A DNA stretch of 61,993 nucleotides, filler included, from Jimgerdemannia flammicorona (taxonomy: Eukaryota): NCBI GenBank assembly GCA_003990765.1. It is 3 parts of 3 records of this genome, joined end to end, with 100 filler letters (N's around TTAATTAATTAA, not from the genome) between each part and the next. Parts side by side here need not be neighbours in the genome. Positions count along the whole stretch, not along the records: positions 41,397 to 61,993 come from RBNJ01001641.1; 2 more parts are not named here. One strand, 5' to 3'. Positions 52,091 to 61,993 of this stretch are shown here, one piece after another. How positions within the stretch are numbered: the stretch's first letter is position 1; every line of letters begins with the position of its first letter. The translations under genes were made by a program, and so were the position numbers. The notes under the pieces were generated by a model. The model was given only the letters and a program-made list of their open reading frames with translations. It ran no database searches and was not told where the DNA came from.

Positions 52091-54353
52091 TGTGACGTAC
52101 ATAATTGACAATGGAGTACCAGTGACTGCTAAGATCAGATGACATAATGGTATGACAATCAAATAGACAGCCTGACCCATTAGGTGATCATCCCAAAAGA
52201 AGACAAGATGATCTGAGCCAAAATAAAGACCACGTTATTTAAGGAACTATACTTCGCCTCAAGGATCGGCACCAAAGAACCAAGTACCCACCATACAATG
52301 CCTCCCATTCGCTGAACTAACCAGACCTCCCGCTGCTCTACCCCTTTGCCTGACCCAAAGACCCTGATCTTTGAAGCTATCAAGAAGGCCATCTGGTGCC
52401 CAGATACTTCCGAACACTTGAACTTCTACACTGAGGACCTTGGACACTTCATCAACTACTGGTATATAATGACCCAATAGCTCAAAGACACTACCAAACG
52501 AATGACCCTCTGGCATGACTATGAAATCGGACACTGCCTTCGCAATGAGACTCAAGAAGGCGACCAGGAAGACCTCATTGCTGAAATGTTAACCACCAGC
52601 TGGCTAATCAAGAGAGCCCTCCGTATCTATCAAATCTTCCACCATATTCCCTGGGCTATAGTACACTTGTAAGGAGTAACAGCTGGCAGCCTCTCCCACC
52701 TTTCAACTGAAGATGCTGACTGGATAGAATCTGAAGTAGCCAACACTATTGGCAGCAACTGCATCGCCGTAGGAAGCCAACAAACCGAACCTACTCAGCC
52801 AGGTTTCCACACCACCCCACTCTAAGACAACCATCAAGGTCACCTAATGAGTCTTATGGAGATATTTGAAGGACCATCTATCACTATAGAGGCACCCATT
52901 AGAGCTATCCCAATCACCCACCATCCTGTCAGCCACAATTCACACCTCATCATTTGGGAACCGAATCAAGAAGAAGCCCAAGAAGTTCCTGTCTTTAAAG
53001 AGGAGGCCCAAGAACTCCAAGACCCTGCCCCTGAAGAAACTCCCTCTGATACTGAAACTGACGAGCCTTCAGAAGAAGAAGAGGAGCAACAGAGAGTCTA
53101 CCAGTCCTCTGTCTGCATTCAAGCTGTTTAAGGGTTGGAGAATGTTGTTGAAGATGACTGGCCACTTTTCTACCCCCTCACCTCTTGGCCGGCACTTCCC
53201 CCCTTTGAGAAGAGATATGATGAAGAAGAAATCACAACCCAGCAAGATTTGCCCGCTATAGACGAAGGGTACTATTTCCTCTAGAGTACCACCCATCAGC
53301 CGTGAGAACTCAGCATTTTGTCAGCAGATCCGAATCCAGCATTGCTACCCAGTACCACCATTTTCAGCATTTTGTCAGCTCATCCGAATCCAGTGTTGCT
53401 ACCCAGTACCACCATTTTCAGCATTTTGTCAGCTCATCCGAATCCAGCGTTATTACCCAGTACCACCGTTTTCAGCATTTTGTCAGCTCATCCGAATCCA
53501 GTGTTGCTATCTCCTATAACCCAATCTATAGTAAACAATAGCCTGCATCTCGCATCGTGCAAACCAATAGCATAAGTTCGCCACAACATAGTATATCTTA
53601 GCCTTAGTCGCGCCCCTCCCCCATAGCTAGCAAACTTGTATAAATAACCCATATCCTTAGAGTGAATAAACCTCAGTCAGCTTGTGTTTAAAAGTAAAAA
53701 GGATTACAAAGAAACCACTACCTCCAAGAGACCAGATAAATTCTGAGAACAAGATAACAACCTAGAGCAATGGATTGCTTGGAAGTTTGAGTTAAAGAAT
53801 TTTCTCTTGCCACAGAAAGAAAATGTTACCTGACCGCCACCATTCGGACTACGCATTCAACCACCATTCGAGATTCAAGACCCGGAAAACTAAGGAATCC
53901 AAGGATACTCAGCCAAACAAGACCGCAGCCTAAGACCCGCCAAGATACTTGAACGACCATCAAAGACCCGAGTTATCCTGCCCTTTTAAGCTAAACAAGA
54001 TGGACGAGTGAGCTATCGACTGATTCCCGACCTACTGCGCTATGGACTGCTTTAATTGACTGCTTAAAGCCAAGTCTGTCGTCACTGCCAAGTTATTCGC
54101 CACCCTTTTCCACTAAACAATTGAGCCACCATCATTGAACAACCGAATGACCTCATCATTGATATCCTGAGCCAAACGAACAATCGAACTCCCACTATCA
54201 ATTATTGCACATTTCGAATAACCTGATCATGTGACCATCGACCCGTCACCACCGCAAACATCACCAATGCATTCAGTTATCCATCATGTGCTTCACCAGT
54301 GGTACACATTGAGCCATGCCAGAAGCAACTAGGGATACAAACCCAACGCCACA
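52091..54353 (+). repeat. E5 3' LTR (2263 bp)
   Basis: TGTGACGTAC...CGCCACA followed by ATAT. Confidence 0.97.
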
Positions 54354-54357
54354 ATAT

Positions 54358-55500
54358 ATTAATATAGTAGAAGCTATATGATTATGAAAATTAAAGTCTA
54401 AGTAAAAAGAATCTTATTTTGTATAAGATATAAAAGAAATTACCTTTTGGTTATAAAAACTCTCAGACAACTACTATTTATTAAAACTAACTTAAAAAAT
54501 ATTATAACTCTTTAATGAAGTACTACTATAGCTCTTAAGATTACTATATAGTATTACATAGTGAGCTATAGAAAGATAATAGTATTCTACTGAGCTATCT
54601 ATAATAGAGGAATTCTTCAATAGTATCTAAAATATAGTATAGATATATTTGTCACAAATCTCACATTTCAAGGTCTATTAGAATTAGACTGAGTTTTAAG
54701 AATATATATATACTTTAAGTTAAGAAGCTACTAAATTCATAACCAAAAATGAGAAAAAAAGACTAAATTGGAGAGTATTAGCTCTCTTATACTTATATTA
54801 CTATTGCTAAAAGAGTGTATAAGTTATTTAAAAAAGATGAGCCAGTCCTAACTCATTTCTAAAGAGTAGTTCTAGGAGACTTTGGATATATTAAGAGATA
54901 CTATTGAGAGAATATAATAATATAAATTATATAGTATAAAGAGATATAACTTATGGAAGCTTAAAAGTTCAAGTAAATAGGATCTTTCAAAGATGAAATA
55001 TCTATTTAGAAAAAAGTTGTGTTAGTTGATCCAAATTAGAAATATAAATCAGAAGAATAAATATTTAATTAAGTATTTGAATCCAATTCTCAAGCTATAT
55101 AAATAGCAGTCATTTTATAAATATCAAGATTTAATAGATATTGAAATTTAATAATCATTAAAATTTTATAAATATTAAGAATTCATACTTGTGAAAAGTG
55201 AATAAGAAAGTTTTAAACAATCTATATATTATAAAATATTTATTATAAAACTTTAGAGACTATATTATTATAATAATTTTTTTAAAAACTTAGAAAAATC
55301 TATAGATATTTTATATATCTAATAGTAGCTTTCTATATATATCTTTAAAAAGAGTTTTTTTTATATATTAAAAATTGTAAAATTCTAATCTTTTTCAGTA
55401 AACTTATTAAATTTATTATATGATAAATTTAGATTAAATTAATTATATATATAATTAATAAATTTAAATTAAGTTTAAATTTCTTTAACTTAATTAAAAT
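54358..55500 (+). mobile_element. Continuation of the E4-like relic: IN end, ORF3, probable LTR from ~55018
   Basis: NIVEAI*L*KLKSK*KESYFV*DIKEITFWL matches E4 IN. ITIAKRVYKLFKKDEPVLTHF matches E4 ORF3. AGAAAAAAGT-TGTG at 55018. Right end uncertain. Confidence 0.7.
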
Positions 55501-56920
55501 ACTAAATAGACAAAAGAATAATAATTGAGATAAAAGAGTAGTAAGTATAATAAATATTAAGTAATAAGTAAACAGAAGAGTAATAAGCAAGTAAAAGAGT
55601 AATAAATAAATAAAAGAGCAATAAGTAATAAATTAATTAATTATTAAAGAACTATATTGAGATAAACTAAATTAATAACTATAGATTAGACTAAAATAGG
55701 ATTTAATATTATTAATATTTATTAAGTTAAATATTTTAAATTAAAGTAAACTAAGTATAGATATAAATAATATTAATAATAAAATTGAAAACTATATTAA
55801 AGTAGATTAAATTAATAATATAATAAAATATATTAAACTGAGATAATATTTAGCTATTTATTAAATTAAATATTATATATAAGTTAAAGTAAGTAAGCTA
55901 ATTATAATTATAATTAGTACTCCTAAATAAATTAAATCAATTCATTTAAATTGAATCAAATTAAAAGTCATTTAAATTGAATCAAATTGAAGAATTTTTA
56001 ATTTAAATTAAATTTAAATTAAATTGAGATCTAATTTAATTTAAAATATTTATTCCAAATTCAAAATATAATAACTTAATAGAAATATGTCTAAATTTAA
56101 TATTCTTTATCATACTAGATTCATCATTATAAAATATATTGAATAAGTTAAAATTTATTAAATTTAGATATATTTTAATTGAGTTATTAAATTTTGAAAA
56201 ATTAGATTCAAATTGAACTTCAAATCAAATTGGACCTCAATTTGATTTATATTGAATTAAATCAAATCAAATTAACTCTTAATTCAATTTGAATATTTTG
56301 AATTAAATTAAATCAAAAGTAAATTCAATTCAATTTGATTCATTCTAAGTATTAATCATAATAAAATAAATATATAATTTATAGTTTAAAAGTTAAATAA
56401 TTTGATTTATATATATATATTCAAATTGTAACAGATCTTAATATCTTAGAAGAATATTAAATTGTGACTGGCATATCTATATATGTCAATTATCTGATAG
56501 AGATTTTTCATTCTACTAAGATTTAGAAAAATATTTATTATAATTAAAAAAAAGAATAATAATAGTATTTTTTTTTATTCTTATACTAAATATAAAAGAT
56601 ATTCAAAAATGTAATAATAGTTTTAAAATTTTTATTACTATGCAATTAAGACTACTTATCATGGTAGCAAGTAATTTCCGGGAGAATTTATCAGGGGATA
56701 ATTTTTTTTTTTTTGGAGGAACTTCCCCTGCATCCTTAATGAGCAAATCTAGGTGCAAGTCACGTGCTGGTTTTCGCGTCGACCCCTCGCTGTTTGGCAG
56801 TGCCATTCTCGAGATTTAACCACAAAATGCTTAATTGTGGTAAACCATAGGCGTTGCTGTATTTGCTCCTCTAACATTACACCTCGTCCGACTTTACTTT
56901 ACGTCACATCACTCTTCGTC

Positions 56921-59900
56921 ATGGCCGAACAATCACCATCCTTGGCTCGCAATCTAGATCAAGAGAAGGCTACGTTCGAAGGTGTTTCCTATTTCCTGAA
57001 TCCGGCGTTAGGACACAAACGTTGCACTGAGGTGGGTGGAGATAATGACGTGTGGGAGTTGTTGGAGGAATACGGCAAACGTAGAGCTACGCTGTTTGTT
57101 CTGATTCAATAGTATATCAGTGAGGCGGAGCACTTATTGGTTGAATCATGGGAGACCCAGAATTGCATTTAGGACTGTGCGGGATTCAGCAGGACACATG
57201 GATCGACTCACGCGATGATTTGGCTCAATTCTCTTCATTCATAATATTAGCTCGGCCAATCCCTCCGTGAAAACGGTGCCATCGAAGCGCCACGACCGCT
57301 GCCAACGTCGCACGGACGACGACCATTGAACCCCACGGACGACAACGAAAGCTCCCAAAACCAAAGCACCGACGGCGAGGATGCCAACCAGCCTGTTTTG
57401 AGGTTTGATCCGGAGCGAACGACGCATATCATCACAGCCGACATGGACTTCTCCGAAAGCGAGGTGGCGACGCAGGCGGGAATCGCTCTCGTCACGGTAC
57501 GTATTGGGATGGTGTTACGCTCACTAAGTTGAGGCGATCGAGTAGGGGGAGGAAAGATGGTGGGAGAGTGTTAAGGATTGGCGGAATATTGAGGAAATGG
57601 TTGATTGTGCGAGATGTCCATGTTGCAATATGAGATACTAAGGGCGTTGATGTTTTCATCGATTTCTTACCTATGCAGCCGCTTTGGGTCGAGAGGGCTC
57701 TCCGGAATGGAGTTACACACTCGTAAGCGTTATCGCTATTGTTATAATATTGTATTTTTATGCCTACGGCTGGGTGTTTTATATTAATCTTTCGAAACCG
57801 ATGGTGGACGTGATAGAATGATTCCTATTCACCTTTTGATCCCACTTTTTCACAACCCTCCTATCGTGCGTCTAATCGCGTTGTCTTTCCACCCGTTTCA
57901 CATGCAGACCAGAGTTCTACTCCCCAGACCCGATCAAGATCTTCTCCGGCGTAGTGGTCGCTACATCCGGGGTGAGCGCCACTGCATCCAAGCTTTCAGG
58001 CCATTTCTCCGTTATGTGGATGATGACACTCACGTTTCTGATTTTCTTCTACTTGGTATTGTGTTTATGACGCACTAGTTACCCAAAGTTGACCGCGAGA
58101 AGTTATTTGGCGGCGTCTCAGCCCTCGGTGGACAATATCGGGCTGATCTTCAGTACGATGTGACGCATTTAGCGTGTCTTGTGGCAGAAGGGGTGAGTTG
58201 TGTGGGAATGATGCGAAGGAAACACATAAGATGCCGTGCGGAACATTGAAGCAGGATTTTACATCCAATTCCGTTTGAGTAAATGCGTTACGCATCTTTT
58301 AGCCCACTTCCTGAATTTTCCATGATCTCTTATGCCTTGCATTTTATAGGCAAAATACCAGAAGGTGATGGAAGTTCCAGAGCTGGGAATCAAAGCCGTG
58401 CTACCGCATTGGTTCGATGACTGCTTCAAGCTGAGGCGAATCGTCAGTGAGGTATGTGTGTCAGTGTAGCAATCTTGCATAGTACCCTGGGTAGGATACG
58501 AGCGTCAGTGCTGTCAGAACGAATTGGTTCGGGTTGGGTTTGTCCTTGAAATTAAAATGGTTTCATCACTTTCTTAAATTTCTCAACCCTCCAAAAATCC
58601 TACGACCAGGATATGTATCTTTTCCCCGACCCACCCCTCCTCCGCCTTGACCTCTGGGCTGACTCCGTATCAACCGTCACCACTGCTGCCACAAGTACAC
58701 ATACCATCAATACGCTCTCCCTTCCTTCCCCCTCTCAACCTCAGCCCGCGGCCGCTGGCACATCATCGTCACGGCGTCCACTACCGTTGGCCAATGCCTC
58801 TTCTGCCCTCGCCAACACAACCTCCACCATGGGATCCTTCGTCCCACAACCGAAAGAACCCTGGATTTTCCCGGGCCCTTCGAACGCCACGCCCATCCCA
58901 GAGCCCTCATCTAAGTTCTTGATGGGGTTCCGGTTCTATCTATGCGAGGATTTACACGTGAACAAGAATTTACGGACTACCTTCGAGGAGCGGCTGACGC
59001 AGGCAGGTGCGACGGTCGTGGCGCAGGGGAGGCCTTATCGGAGCAGCGGGGTGGATTGTTTTGTGGGAAAATATCGGGAGGGGGATGGATATATTCAGGT
59101 ATATTTTCTGTGAGTTTTGGTTGGAATCAGGCACAATCGGAAGGGATCTCCATATCTTTTGCCTGCTCAGTATTTTCTCAATGATGGTTCATGCGTATCT
59201 TTCCGCAGGCTTGCCGTGACGGAAAGGTTGTTGGTTCCCTGTTTTGGCTCCAGCACATATTCAATACTCAGCGAATGGAGAGCCCAAAGAATCTGTTATT
59301 GAATTATCCACAACCCAAGGAAAAGCTTCCGGAATTTGAAAATTTCGTAAGTTGTCAATTGTTGTTAGCTTGCAGTCTTGATTACGCGAGACTTCCAGTA
59401 AGATTGGTGCATCGTCGCAAGGCGCTTACACGTTTTCTGGTCCCGTTATTCAATTCCCATAGGTCATCACCGTCTCCAACTACACTGGCGTCACCCGTGA
59501 CTACGTGAAACGGCTTATATATATCCTCGGTGCCTCCTACACGCCGCACATGACTCCAGCAAACACACACGTGATATGCGCGGCTCCGACTGGCGACAAG
59601 TTCACGAAGGCGCTCGAGTGGAACACACACGTGGTGAATCACTTATGGCTTGAGGAGTGCTACCAGCAATGGACATGCAAGTCTATTGCCGATGAGCGGT
59701 ACACGTATTTCCCGGAGGGCGCCAAGATGGAGGATCTGGTGGGGCGAACACCCGTGTTAAGCTTTGAGGTGGAGAAGTGGTGGAAGCCGGGAGAGGATGA
59801 GGAGGAAGAACAGGAGAAGATGACAGGCGCGGAGATACAAGATGATGGCGAAGGCGGCGACGAATCTCGGTCGGAAAGCGTATCGAATATCGTCACTTCT

Positions 59901-61327
59901 GTCACAGACACTGACAAGGACACCACCACCCCCTCCAGGACCAAGCACAAACCTCTCGGCACCGGCAGCGTGACCACGGTCTCCAAGCAACCTCGCCAGG
60001 CGGCCGTCAATGCGTCGAGCATGCTGCATGAAGTGATCATGCCGGATGTCGTCGCGTTTCAGAAGGAGATGCGAACCCCCACGAGGCGAGGCGTGAAATC
60101 TTCATCGGCGGGGGCAGGAAGCACGAACTCTGGAAGCGGAGACTCTGTGGGAAAAAGAAGACGGCATAAAAGTCGGGAGGGGGAGGATGAGGTGGAGAGT
60201 ATAAAAAGGAAGAGCAACAAGAGGAGTCGAAAAGAGAGTGAAGTGAGCGATGAGGGAACAATGGCAGAAGAGGGAGAGGAGGAGCAGGAAGAAGACCTAG
60301 AGGAGAGACAGGGTCAGATCGCATCGACGGAGGTGACGCCAACAAGGGCCAAAGGTCGAAGCAAGGCAATGCTTGATAGGTCAAGGTCATCAAGTGTGAC
60401 TGAGAGTGCGAATGAGAAGGTGAAGGAGAGAAGATCTCATGATACGAGTGCTGATACAACGCCGACAAAGGGATTGCCAGGTGGAGGAGTGAGAGTGCTT
60501 ACTACTGGCTATAGATTGTCGGCTCAGGAAATCAAGGTGGGTCTTCTGGTGATCGAGTTATAGTCATACCTCTGGGGAAGTGATATGGTTGTATTTAATA
60601 ATGACCTTGGCGATATCTTACACGTTTGCCTAACTTCTAACTCAGGGTCTCAAATCTCTCGGTGTCCGCATGGCAACTACCCCCCGCGACTGCACTCACC
60701 TCATTGCCGACCGTGTGGCACGCACTGAAAAATTTCTCTCATGCGTCAGTATCGCGCAACACATCTTGTCACTTGGCTGGGTCACTACATCGATCGAGCA
60801 GGGCCATTTGGTTGATGAAAAGCCTTATATGCTCAAGGATACTAAAGCTGAAAAGCAATACAAATTCCGGTTGGCGAAGAGTCTGGAAAAAGCGAAGCAG
60901 GGAAAGCTGTTGGCAGGGAAGGAAGTGTATATAACGCAAAATACGCAACCAGCGAAGGAGACGATGAAAGAGATTGTGGAGTGCGCAGGAGGGAAGGTGC
61001 GGTTGATTGGCTTCATTGTATACCAGCATGAACATGGGAGCATGCTTGATAGTGACAGCTGATGCCAATTGTGTGCTCACTCGCATTCCATTCCTTCTCT
61101 TTTTTCAACCCCAATTACTGCAGCTTGTCAACGCCGTCTCCGTCCGCAAAATCCGCGACGGCGCCGCTTCTGGCTCGTTGCTCATCATCTCATGCGACGA
61201 AGACCGCGACCGGTGGGACGAGTTTCGGGCGTATGGGTTGGACGTGCATTCGCCGGAGTTGCTGTTGACCGGTGTGTTGCGACAGGAGTTGAACGTCAAT
61301 GGGAAGGAATTCAAATTGGTCGGGTGA
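56921..61327 (+). CDS. RTT107: Multi-BRCT DNA-damage scaffold protein, Rtt107/Brc1-like, 11 exons
   Basis: GT-AG exons approx 56921-57031, 57251-57496, 57679-57722, 57908-57971, 58079-58192, 58350-58451, 58610-59098, 59209-59346, 59463-60536, 60646-60996, 61124-61327. Motifs FYSPDPIKIFSG, LGGQY..DVTHL, PHWFDDCFKL, ITVSNYTG..RDY, NHLWLEECY, CTHLIA..VARTEKFL and IVECAGGK give 4 N-terminal plus 2 C-terminal BRCTs with a charged linker. Confidence 0.88.
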
Positions 61328-61993
61328 GGGGGGATGTGTGGAGATATTTGATCCATACGGGCTGCCAAATCTGTGCATTTTGCCACGGCGTGTCTTTGCC
61401 ACAGTTATAGTGCACATAGACCATAATCACTGTTTGTTTGTTTCACTTGCTTCTCGTTTTTAATTTGACCGGTTTACGATTTTAATAAAGTCAGACGAAT
61501 GCTTCAAATAGGATTTTTGGGATTCTCAATGGTCAGTGAATGGGCAAACTTGACTGAGCTGCAAGGCTCAAACCAACCAATGCGGGATTTGTACCCGCAC
61601 CTGTCGCTTTCGCAAGCGACCACTCTTCTGTTTAAGCTAGCGGGTTGTAGGGCGAATGGTGGGTTGCAAATCAATTTCTGCCAGTGCAAGACGCGAAAAA
61701 AAGGAAACATACTTACCTTGTCCGAGTCCTTGAGCTGCGAAAATCAAAGCAATGGGTATATGGAGAACTTTGGGGTATTATGCCAATGTTGTCGTGTCAC
61801 GTGATCAGTCTCAAATTCAAATGACAATTATGTAGCTCTTGTGCGAAAACAAAACAAAAAAAAGCGAGAACAGATTGAAGGCTGTGGTAACTACAGGAGT
61901 CCAGCCTGGGGAAATACATAATGTGAAATTTACATATGGTACAGCGGGAGGATCGCACTGATGGGAACAATCCAAAAGACACGCGAAAAAAAA

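Larger units (their letters stand above)
41948..54353 (+). mobile_element. E5: full-length 12.4-kb Ty3/Gypsy element with 2263-bp LTRs and dUTPase
   Basis: LTRs 41948-44210 and 52091-54353 of identical length, TG...CA. TSD ATAT. PBS at 44214. PPT AAGGGGCAGA. Confidence 0.97.

Overview
Eukaryotic, fungal-type DNA, probably an early-diverging lineage such as Mucoromycota (inferred from gene style only). Bases 1-4100 are CpG-normal intergenic sequence. Bases ~4100-56650 are a nested, CpG-depleted transposon island. It holds three LTR-to-LTR Ty3/Gypsy elements (E1 4630-14534 +, E3 27755-36501 -, E5 41948-54353 +), two gap-truncated ones (E2 20699-24712 -, E4 36960-41296 -), two older relics they inserted into, and a near full-length L1/Tx1-like LINE (~14725-20598 +). 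There are also two artificial N-gaps. Bases 56921-61327 are an 11-exon multi-BRCT gene of Rtt107/Brc1 type. All transposon ORFs are pseudogenised, mostly by C>T/G>A stops. The Gypsy families share an atypical, retrovirus-like layout. (1) Gag-PR-dUTPase-RT-RNaseH ends in a stop codon that overlaps the ATG of a separate integrase ORF in all four families where the junction is visible. (2) A conserved unknown accessory ORF lies after integrase in some families but inside both LTRs in others. (3) Target-site duplications are 4 bp with an ATAT consensus. (4) A TATA-to-AATAAA spacing of 26-27 nt is conserved. (5) E1 and E5 carry a Cys-rich segment with an F-box-like motif before the dUTPase. All calls are by eye, with no database search.
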